From contig OZ024741.1 in the NCBI GenBank assembly GCA_964016885.1, positions 234,732,001-234,796,000 on the forward strand: 64,000 bases of DNA, given 5' to 3'. Shown one piece after another: positions 1 to 10,407 of the stretch. Numbering within the stretch: position 1 is the stretch's first letter; each line of letters begins with the position of its first letter. The notes under the pieces were generated by a model. That model was given only the letters and a program-made list of their open reading frames with translations. It had not been told where the DNA came from and ran no database searches. The DNA is from Eledone cirrhosa. Its lineage: Eukaryota. Position numbers and translations under genes: made by a program.

Positions 1-187
1 ACTTTGTCTGTGTGGTTCTTTTTGTGTCGCTGCATGACATCCTTACGAGAGAACTGTTTGTTACAAATGTCACATGGGAACGGCTTCTCTCCTGTGTGTT
101 TCCTTCGGTGCATGTGCATCAAATATTCCTGAGCAAACTTCTTGCCGCAGTAATCGCAGAACAGTTGCTTGAGAGGTTGAGGATGTG

Positions 188-251
<64 letters not shown>

Positions 252-1229
252 TTGGTGTTGTTGATGTTGATGTTTTATAGAACTCTGCGGCAGTTTGTTC
301 GGGCCATATTGTTTTTGAGACACATCACCATGGAATGATTTATCAACACTAGATGTGGAGCTCTTCTGTGATGAACTCTCCTTAGATGACTGTCCACTCT
401 CCAAGTTTGACTGCATTCTCTCAGTAGTTGGTAAGTAACATGGCTGAGAATATTGACTGCTGTACATATTGTTACCAGGGAACACTGTCTGACCAATGTA
501 GGGTAGTCTCTGGCTATCTATAGTTGAATCATGTGAGAACTGGGTCCCAGGCAGGTCACTGTTGCTACTGTTGTCTGGTTTGTCAACTGGTGATGCTATT
601 CTCTCTTTCTCCAAGTTATGTCTATGAGAAGAGATCTGTTTACTAGAGATGCTGTTGTGGATGTTTTTCTCCGGAACATGTGACATCCTTGGAACTTCTT
701 GGCAGCTACTTTGGAGGAACTGTTTCCCAGAAATTGATGAGGAGTGGGTTGTTTTCTCATGTGAGATTCTTTGGCTGGACTGCATGTTATGTTCATGGGA
801 ATAATGTTTGCCAGAGCTGCTGCTGTTTTGACTGGACTTTTCAATACCATGTAGCATTCTTTGTGAATCAAGCGCGTGTTCATGTGGGAACTGCTTGCCT
901 GAGCTGCTTGAATGGTGCATAGATTTTTCTGCTGCATGTGACATTCTCTGGGAACTATGGGAGTGTGATGACGATGAGGAAGAATGTCGGTGGTGGAGGT
1001 GTTTGCCAGAAATATTACTGTGGTTTCCCTTGTCCTGCATCGGAAGCATCCTCTGAGTGTCGAGGCCATGGTCACTGCTGTGAGGAAAATGCTTACCTGC
1101 AGAGGAAATTGTGTTATGTATGGACTTCTCGGCAATGTGAGTCATCCTTGGAGCATGTAGGGTGTGTGCCGGGTGGAATGGCATCCCATACATGTCATAA
1201 TGGAATGGTACACTAGCAGACCGTTCCAT
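1..1229 (-). CDS. C2H2 zinc-finger protein with His/Ser-rich repeat N-terminus and polyQ; 3' end outside the window
   Basis: Manual translation from ATG 1229 (ggccaaaATGG) is open to the window edge: MERSASVPFHYDMYGMPF...polyQ...LFCDYCGKKFAQEYLMHMHRRKHTGEKPFPCDICNKQFSRKDVMQRHKKNHTDK. It has two canonical fingers with a TGEKP linker and is absent from the ORF track because no stop lies in the window. Confidence 0.93.
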
Positions 1230-1344
1230 TTTGGCCAACTGGGTTGGCTAGCTTGATAGCTGGCCTACACTAAACTATAGTAGTAGTAGTAATAGTTACC
1301 AACTTAATACAATGTTGTTCTGGAGTTTAACCACAATCTCGCAC

Positions 1345-1370
1345 CTGAAATATATAAAAAAAAATAAACA
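1345..1370 (-). other. 3' splice acceptor of the left ZNF coding exon (exon starts at 1344)
   Basis: Minus strand reads tgtttatttttttttatatatttcag|gtgcg: a pyrimidine tract plus CAG, 115 nt upstream of the ATG. Confidence 0.7.
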
Positions 1371-1894
1371 TATATAAATGAGTTATATATGTATTTTTTC
1401 TCAAACTATAGATGTTATGAAATGATTTATTATGATATAAATATAATTAGACTGTGGCCAAACTGGAGTACCAACTTAAAATCCATATCAACCCCAGTAT
1501 TTATTTTTACAATATCTTTTTGTCACAGGATATAACACGCACTTGTTTGTGTGTGCATGTGCAGCAAAGGTAATTGGTTGGAAGATCAAGTTAGTAAAGT
1601 TATGCCAAGAATTTTCAGGTTTGATGTGGTTCGACAATCAGCAAATAGAACAAACCTATTCATCAAAGATGTAATCCATATGTAGTCAACAATTAAATCA
1701 TTGAGTAAACAATTCTAGGTTAAATCATGAGTGTAAGTACACTGAGCATTTAAATAATAAATCTAGGAATTCTGAAAGAATTTAAAGACATTTTTATTCG
1801 CACGTGTTTCAACAAACGAGATGTGAAGAAATATAGTAAATTGAAGAATTTGATTAAGCAACATTATAGTATATGAGTTATATAGTATATTGCC

Positions 1895-2012
1895 TTTCTG
1901 AGTTCAAATCCTGCCAAGGTTAACTTTGCCTTTCATCCTTACGGGATCGATAAAATAAAGTACCAGTAATGCACTGGATAATTGCTGGCCTTGTGCCTAA
2001 TGTAGAAACAAT
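1895..2012 (+). mobile_element. SINE family A fragment
   Basis: B-box-like gagttcaaatcc, then ttaactttgcctttcatccttacgggatcgataaaataaagtaccag...gctggccttgtgcc; the same sequence recurs several times in the window. Confidence 0.75.
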
Positions 2013-2117
2013 TATAGTATATAGGAGTAAATACATATACTAAGATGCAAGAATAAAACCGAAAAATCTACCTGAACACACAATTTCTCATCTCATTTGT
2101 ACTGTCAGAGACGACAA

Positions 2118-2220
2118 ATTTTAGGAGAAAGATATCTCAAGAAAATCATCCATGATATAACAAGTTATGTTATTATGATGTTTGGATGGTTTTCTTAAGG
2201 AGATATCTTTCTTCTAAAAT
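2118..2220. repeat. Imperfect inverted repeat (about 35-bp arms)
   Basis: attttaggagaaagatatctc-aagaaaatcatcca pairs with tggatggttttcttaaggagatatctttcttctaaaat. Confidence 0.75.
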
Positions 2221-2672
2221 GTGTGTTTTTAATAAGGGCATCCAGACATAGAAACCAATCCAAAATGAAACATATGGGCAAGTTATGGCCATCGTACCTG
2301 TCAAATCACAGAATTGACAATCCATCTAACATGGAAAATAGATGTCAAATGATGATACTAATTGAGACTAGTAAGACAACTTTTCAACTTAGTACTTCAA
2401 GGTAAGTACAATGCAGATATTAAACATATGGTCAAACCCAAACTGTTTCAATGGCCAAACAGCTTAACTTTTAGGACCTAAATGTCTTATAGAGAAAGAG
2501 CGAGATGTAGGTGTGTGTATTATGAATTTCTATCTATACATACAGTAAAAGTTGCTTACTGTAAACACATATTTTTCATATTTAAACTTGTAAATATGCC
2601 TTATTTAGGAGTTTCTGCATAGATGAACAGCTTTCACAATCCATACTGACACACGCAACCAAAACCTTTATA

Positions 2673-2703
<31 letters not shown>

Positions 2704-3050
2704 TTCAACCTGTTAGTTCTTTCGTTACTTTGGTATTGTGTGTTAGATTTTGCCTACCACAATGTTCAATTTGTCAAGCTATTTAAACGTATGTTATTAC
2801 TCTGAGGACCTACCTTGTCAAGTGCTTTGCTAACTCATTCATATCGTAGGTCAAATTTGCTTGCACACCGCCAAAGATTCGATTTTTCTAAGCCTCCAAT
2901 TATATATATATATATATATATATGGTGGTTCTGCTATATCTGATTGAAACGGCATGAGCTCAGTCGTAGGGGTCCCGAATCTTTCATTCATATATATATA
3001 TAAACAAAAATATATGGAGGAGAAGGCAATACATTTAAAAACAAGATTTA

Positions 3051-3143
3051 CTTCTTACAGTGTTTCATCTAAAAATACAATTACAATACAACAAGCCGAC
3101 ATATATATTACAATGCTCATGTACTTTAGAATCTTCAGAGAAG
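3051..3143 (-). ncRNA. Candidate type I hammerhead ribozyme with long stem II
   Basis: Minus strand: cttct-CTGAAGA-ttctaaagtac...gtatttttagat-GAAA-cact-GTA-agaag. Stem I is cttct/agaag, stem II is tctaaa/tttaga and stem III is ACA/TGT. Confidence 0.5.
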
Positions 3144-3917
3144 AAACATTTTTGTATTTAAGGATGTTGCTGGAGGGAAATATATTATATCATAGTACTT
3201 TCTCTACTATTCTTATGATATATGTCTCTTTCTTCGAGATATATCAGATATGAAAGAACAAGTGAACTGGACTTACTAATTTGCATAATTTTAGTGGTGA
3301 CCCTGATAGTTAATTCAGTTACATATCAAATTGTGCACTAAGCAACTGAAGTACACAATAAATTTCTAGCTGTACATACAGTACAGGTTTTTTTTTAAAC
3401 CGAAGTTGTGAGAAATATGTATGTAAACACACATTATTTATATTTAAAGATGTCTTATTTGTGTGTTTCTCCGTAGATTGGAAAAGACGAACAAGCTTGG
3501 CTTCCGCTTCTATCTTTTTTGAGATCATCTTCAAAAACTGTCTATATCTTTCACTATCCTCGAAGGACAATGAGATTACGTGATGTACATGCCTTTCCCC
3601 ATCTGCTTATGAATAACGATTCCTTGTCCAATAATTAATTTGTTAGAACTAACATTGACAAAAACTAAGTAGGAGACTAATTCAAACGAAAATACGTAAT
3701 ATAACGAAAATAATATTTTTTTCTTTTTGGTGAGATAGAAATTCAATGATACACTACATTTTATACTAACTGACAATATATTTATCTTTGGATCAATAAT
3801 TCTGGCAATATATGTGTGCGTGTGTCTCCATGTTCTTTCCTTCTTCACCATCGCTCTTTCAATATACCTAACTTATCTGTCTTGATTATTTACCTCTTAA
3901 TTTTCTTTTATCTATTA

Positions 3918-4069
3918 ACTTTCTATTATTCTCTCTCACATATCTATCTATAAGATGGCATACAAACACACACATTCATCTGTGTGTGTGTGTGTATACA
4001 CAGATGAATGTGTGTGTTTGTATGCCATCTTATAGATAGATAGATATGTGAGAGAGAATAATAGAAAGT
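3918..4069. repeat. Near-perfect foldback palindrome, arms about 68 bp
   Basis: actttctattattctctctcacatatctatctataagatggcatacaaacacacacattcatctgtgt is followed, after a short TG loop, by its reverse complement with one extra GATA unit. Confidence 0.92.
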
Positions 4070-7000
4070 ATGTATGTATGTGACACACACACATACATAC
4101 TGCCTTCAGGTTATTTATAGCTAGAGAGAAGAGAAAGAGAGTTCTATAGAGATACGATGTATGTATATGCGTGATTAGTAGATAGTCTATGCGTGCGATT
4201 AAATGTATATATGTGTTTAACAGGCTAACTTAAATGTGGTGGCCGCAGATATTTACATATATGGAAAACGTATGAAAACTGGAATATTAACAACCATTGT
4301 GATAGTTTAAATGACGATTTTTCTGTATTGAGAAAAGGTAGATTGATAAAGTATATGTGTGCGTCTATTTCCTTGACACGGGATATAGGCGGGTTAGTTC
4401 GTAACAGGGAATATAGAAAGAAGAGACAAAAAGATAAAGAGATTATTTATTTATCTTTAGATTAATAGAGACATAAAACCTACGTAAGGTGGGTAAGGGG
4501 TAAATCAATCAAGAGACAGATAGGAATAAAGCTAAAATAGATAAAGAGGCGGTAAATATTGACAGCTAGTATATGTGTGTGCGTATGAAAAAGAGAAGAC
4601 TAAAATCTTTTATAAGGAGATATCTTGAAATAACGATTTTTCAAAAGTAACTGAAGTACTAAATATATGTATATAGGTTAAAGTATATATATATGTATGT
4701 ATACTTCCACCTGTGTGAACATATGAATGTGTGCGCACGCGCATGATGTGGATGGTATTTGTTATTGAGTCTGTGTGGATAGTTGCGGTTGAGTCATTGT
4801 GTATTTTGTACATATGCATGCGTGTGAGTATGCACGTTCTTTTGTATGTATATATATACATACATACATACATACATACATAGGAACGTGTGTGTGTGTG
4901 TATGCATATATATATATATATACAGTATATAATACAAATAATATGTATGTGTGTAAGTGTTGCGTTTGTTTCTATATGTGAAGCTGTTTACATATATGAC
5001 AAACTATATATACGTGTGTGCGCACGCACACATACATACATAAGGACCGTAACATAAGGGACGCGAAGGACCAATTAATTTATCGACAATTAGATAATTA
5101 ACTAATTAGTTAATCTCTCGGTCAACCGTGATGCATATAGTTCAAGCTAAACGCAGGCGCTAAGGTCAAGCGTAGCACTCGAAACTATCAAGATAATTTA
5201 GAATAATTGAATTTTAATAGAGCTTGAGTTTGGCTTACGAAACCTAAGTGGATCAGAAGGAAGTTCTATGAACCTGATTAGAAATTAGGACTTCTATCAA
5301 TTAATTGATGAAAAATATATATTTCTTATGCGAAATATAATTGACATAACTGGGGAACACTGGTCTCGAAAATTGATGGTCATGAATGGAAGGATAGTGA
5401 AAACAATCGGAATAGCACAGGCGGTTTTAAACTTGTTTATTTCGTATGCTGTCTTGAGGTTTCTCTCTCTATATATATTGAACAGTTCTCGCTGGTTACT
5501 ATGTTCAATAGCTAACGGCTTAGCTTGTGTCTGTATATTATACTTACATCCAATAGTATAATAATCTCTGGCTCACTATCATGTATATATATATATATTA
5601 CACATATGGCACAAAAAATAATGAAAATGTTTAAAGAACAGATCTATTTGCCCTCACCTCCACCTATAATGAGACTTTTCACTATCTCGATTATGTCTCT
5701 GATATTCATAGATTATCGGATGTCAATTTTTAGAATCAGTGTTAGCTGAGCCTGCCATAAAATTCTTTATTTAACAAAAGCTTCTATAGTCAAAGCTAGT
5801 CTGGATTACAGGTTTTTGTTACTTAATACACATCCTATAAGATTCTGACAACTTTGTCCAATGTGGGACATTTCCGCCACATTCTTGTCAATATAGTCCA
5901 CCTAAACTGTTAACAGCCCCTGGCCAGATGTCCGGACTAGATGTAAAATGTAGGCCCATGCCAGGTGCGAAAACTAAGGCATCATTTCCAGCTACCTTGA
6001 TAACTAAATTACTCGAAAGATTGTCTGATGAATTGAGTAGCGTTCAGGAAAGATCTGAAATGTAAGTTACTCTCAGGATAATGATGGAAGAGGCCAGTGC
6101 ATCCGGTACATTTAGGCGACAGGAGGTAAGTAATATATAAAAAGAACAATCTAAACTATAATAATAATAAACTAAATATATTTACAAGAATAAACTATTT
6201 CATCTAATCACAAAACATTTATAAGAAATAGATAGGTAAAAAGCAAAAAAAAAAAAAATCTAACAAACTAACAAAAATAATTATATAAGTAGAGTCGATT
6301 ATTCTGATGTTAGGAATAAAATATATGAAACGGCCAAGCTGAAACTTCGAAGTCACTGACACTTTTCTACTTAGAAAATAAATTTTACACTGCTTAATTA
6401 ATGTTTAGATATTTTAAACACACATTCTAAAATTCAAAATTTATAGTTTTAACATTTTGCACAGGTCGCAAACTGGCTATTTTAAAGTTGACTTGTACTT
6501 ATTTTATTGACCAAGTAGAAGAAAATTGGAGACGATCCCGCCAGTATTTGAAATCTGAAGCTATTTAACCTGATGCCCTTGCGGTCCTGCCATGCGATCA
6601 CCAATTCAATCAATAGTCAATAATAATTTCTAGTTTTTATGCGAGATAATCAGATTTATAAGGAAATGAGGTACATGTGATTTGGTGAAATTCATCGTAT
6701 CTAAAGAGAGATGAAAGTATTATTTTTTTAAAGAGGTGCACCACCATAGCTAGAGATGTATAGAACACAATCATTTAATCGACGGATTGTGTATCACGCA
6801 AAATATGGAGTGATACACAAACTAAAAACCTTAAACAGTCAGTTTAAAAATTGACAGGTGCTTGTTTACATTCTCCACTGGAAGACAGAAAGGAAGTTAG
6901 ATAAGAGAGAAGCAATTCGGGAGACACAAGTTGACAGGAAAAAGAACACAGTATGGCTGGTGTAAGGTTTCACCTCTTTCACCATCTTATCCACCCTTTA

Positions 7001-8274
7001 CGTTCTACAACTTCCTCCTTTTTCCTTACTGTGAGTCCTTTCATCGGTCCCTCTCCCATTGTAAACTATATTTTATTTCAATTCGACACAGCGTTATCTA
7101 TCACCTTTTCTCCCCTTCCTTCTTCCTGTCTGCCTTTTTCTTTTCAATTTCACAGACAGGCAAGCACTCGTCTTGGTCGCTCTTTATCTCTCCCTCTATA
7201 ATTTCTATCTGTCCCCACCCCTCTTTCTATGTGTCTGTATGTCTCACTCTCTCTGCGTCAATCATCCTCCCACTTCCTGTATGCCCATCACATTTCTATT
7301 TTTTTCTTGCCTCCTTCTTACTAAATCTGTAACTTCCTCTCTTCCGTCATTCCCCTCCGTCCTCTATGTCTGTCAACGCTCTCTGCCTGTCACCTCCTTT
7401 TTACTCTTTCTTTGCGCCTATACCTCCCATTCCCTCTATCCATCATCTCTTCCCCTCTTTTCCTGTGACTCTTCCCCCTTTCATTTATTCCCTCTTTCCC
7501 TTCCTTCATTCTCTTTTTTTTTTCTCTTCCTGTGCCTAACACCCCTTCCTCCCTCTCTGGTAACACAAGTCTTCCTCTCACTCCCCATCCGACACACAGA
7601 TCACCTCCAACCAAAATGTCTTCACAGAAGCTAACCACACGCATACACATATGCACACATAAACTACATGGTCAAAAGCAAAGAACACTTTCTAAAACGC
7701 TTACCTTTCCGATTGCCTCTTTTGATCACTTCAATATTGGGAATTTTTTAAATAGACGTGACCAGAGCTCAGCCAGACTCACAGACAGACAAACGGTGTC
7801 AGTGCAAATTGTGTACCCCAGCAATGCAATAGATTTAACTTTGCTTACTCTTTCTATCACACATATACCTACTCCTACATGTACATACACACAGACATAA
7901 GTAAATATATACATATGTCTGTAGAGAGGAAGATATATATATACATAATACCGTAACCCCAATACGTACTCTTCTCACACGAAAACTGATTGTCTCCCTT
8001 GAAAGTTGATCCTAATCAAACATTTAAATGAAATTTTAATTTAATAAATAAAAATGCGCACGGGTTAATGAACATTTCACAATCGTCAGTTATTAATATC
8101 ATTGTTAATATTTTCCTAATTTCTATTTTAATTTAATGATATTGATATTAAGTATCCAGCTGTAATCCATTAGTCGAGACTCCAAGAACCCCATCGTAAA
8201 CCAAGCCGGGTTTCACTAGGGCATATATTACCTCCCTTCACTCAAACACGCACATATACTTACGTCTATACTGG

Positions 8275-8314
<40 letters not shown>

Positions 8315-8857
8315 CGCTTACATATTTGAACATACACACATATGCATAGATAATCACACATTTATCCAATACCAACATACGGACATCCATACACACACAC
8401 ACACACACACATCTGTCCAAATACTCACACGTTATATTCACAGACACATCTATAAAAAACACAAGCATGCATATCTACAAAAATGTACATACACTCATCT
8501 ATTCACGCACGACTGTCCAAATATACACATACTTAGAGGTATCCTGATGCATACACACATACACAGATGCCTGCACGAATACACAAGTTGCCAAATAAGC
8601 ACACGTATATATTCACAAACTCACGTACAAACACATACATCTTAATACAAATACACAGTCTGCTAATCAGAAACATCTATTTGAGTTGTCAACAAAGGAG
8701 CCCCTACACGGTCGTTCTACTCGTTAGAAATAACAAGAAATATTAGATAAACCTAGGTTTGCTGGATCAAGGCTGTCCTGCTGCTACATGACAAATTAAT
8801 GTACAATATATAATATATATAAAATTATATATATATATGTATGTATATATATATACC

Positions 8858-9266
8858 TGTCGCATGGTAGGGTCGTCGGCGACTAAACCGGCAACCCCAC
8901 CAAGTTTACTTGGTGAGGAGGGTGATTTTGGACACCCTGCAAGACAAAAAACAAAACCTGACAGAGGACGGAAGAACTCATAAGAGTCAACGGCCATCCG
9001 AAAGTGTGTAAATATGTATATACACATGTACCACTGGGAATGAAGGAAGGGCCCCTAGCCTTTGTCAGGGCATTCTTCTAGGAGAAGGCCAATCAGGAAA
9101 CTGCGATAACTCAGATATAAAACCTGCGGCTCAGTAGTTACCGATGATGTTGATCTTTTCTTCTTTTCAGGTTACAGCTACTGTCGCTCAGTGGACATTC
9201 TTTCCTCACTTGGCTCAGTGGACAGTCTTTCCTCACTTTAAAAAATATCTTCACACACAGGCATTG
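8858..9266 (+). mobile_element. Probable non-autonomous retroelement resembling an RTE 5' UTR
   Basis: GC-richer block between TA microsatellites with a cttctaggagaagg motif reminiscent of RTE 5' UTRs and an internal direct duplication (gctcagtggaca..ctttcctcactt). The family assignment is from memory. Confidence 0.35.
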
Positions 9267-9284
9267 CACAATAGAATTAATTAA

Positions 9285-9400
9285 TTGTTTCTACTTTTTG
9301 GCACAAGGCCAGCAATTACTCAGTACATTACTGGTACTTTATTTTATCGACCCCGTAAGGATGAAAGGCAAAGTTAACCTCGACGGGATTTGAACTCAGA
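9285..9400 (-). mobile_element. SINE family A, 5'-truncated, with target-site duplication
   Basis: Reverse complement of the 1895 element, flanked by the direct repeat cacaatagaatt(a/g)attaat (about 9268 and 9401). Confidence 0.8.
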
Positions 9401-9504
9401 CACAATAGAATTGATTAATAATTATTAATAATGATATATCGTGCAATGGTCATACTCGATAACGAGGGGGCAGTCATCATATATATATATACATATATTA
9501 TATA

Positions 9505-9846
9505 TCATCATCATCATCATTTTACGTCCGCTTTTCCCTGCTTGCAAGGGTGGGACGGGAACTGATTCTGGTTTGATTTCTACAGCTGGATGCCCTTCCT
9601 AACACCAACCTCATTTACAGTGAGTGCTGGGTGCTTTTTGCCGTGGCACCTCCACGACCACTTTGCAGCGGAATGATATGGACCCCAGTCCCTATCATCT
9701 CATTTCTACAGCTGAGTGAACTGGAGCAATGTGAAATAAAGTGTCTTACTCAAGGAAACAACACATCACTCGGCCTGAGAATTGAACTCACAACCATTCG
9801 ATTGCAAGGCCAATGCTCTAACCACTAAGCCATGTGCCGTGCCTCC
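9505..9846 (-). mobile_element. Full-length tRNA-derived SINE (family B) with RTE-type 3' tail
   Basis: Minus strand carries an A box TGGCTTAGTGG, a B box GAGTTCAATTC, the body ccttgagtaagacactttatttcacattgc, the core ggtgttaggaagggcatccagctgtagaaa, and the tail cccgtcccacccttgcaagcagggaaaagcggacgtaaaa(tga)n. Confidence 0.88.
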
Positions 9847-9898
<52 letters not shown>

Positions 9899-10069
9899 AT
9901 GTATGTATGTATGTATGTGTGTGTGTGTGTGTATATATATAGAGAGAGTTAGAATTTAGCTTCGAGCATAGCTGTATACAGATATCTATTGGAATTTCAT
10001 ATTTCTAAAGAAATAGGGTATGTTTATAAATAAACATTTAGAAAGTTGTAGCTATGCACTGGCAGCTAT

Positions 10070-10082
10070 CGCCACCTGGCGG
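10070..10082 (-). promoter_or_regulatory. CTCF-like motif
   Basis: Minus strand CCGCCAGGTGGCG fits the CTCF core CC(A/G)(C/G)(C/T)AG(A/G)(G/T)GGC(A/G); it sits in a small GC-rich island. Confidence 0.4.
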
Positions 10083-10407
10083 TGTCCAGCAGATGCAAGG
10101 GGGACAATCGCCGATGCATTTCGAAATGAACTGGTTCTCATATATAATTCAAATTAAAAGATATATAATATATATAAAGAGAAAGAACCATATATTGTTT
10201 GAGAAACAGCATTTTGTACATATATATAAAACACATATTCAGGGAAAAGTACATACTTTAAGGTGGAAAAGTTCTTATTTTCCTTATAATACCTTTTCAT
10301 TGTTCATAAACCGAAATAAAATCAATCTAAGTAATCGATTATTTATTACCAATTCAAATATTGATTTTAGTAAAGCTACGGAAGATGTGAAACTAATCAT
10401 CAGAGGA

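Noticed and set aside
12-1216. ORFs 12-338 (poly-Leu), 596-1135, 680-922 and 938-1216
   Set aside because: Antisense or off-frame shadows of the minus-strand ZNF CDS.
3490-3545. Further hammerhead-like remnant on the minus strand (TTGAAGA-tgatct...agata-GAAG)
   Set aside because: Both core boxes are mutated and the stems are weak, so it is too decayed to call.
6022-6066. CTGATGA...GAAA hammerhead-like spacing
   Set aside because: No convincing stem I or III; better explained as part of the exon-like island.
6931-7900. Several overlapping 80-150 aa ORFs
   Set aside because: Pyrimidine-rich low-complexity DNA depleted of stops, with no domain features.
9780-9846. tRNA gene
   Set aside because: A and B boxes are present but there is no full cloverleaf and it continues into a SINE body. 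The same holds for 34575, 54595, 56600 and 60855.
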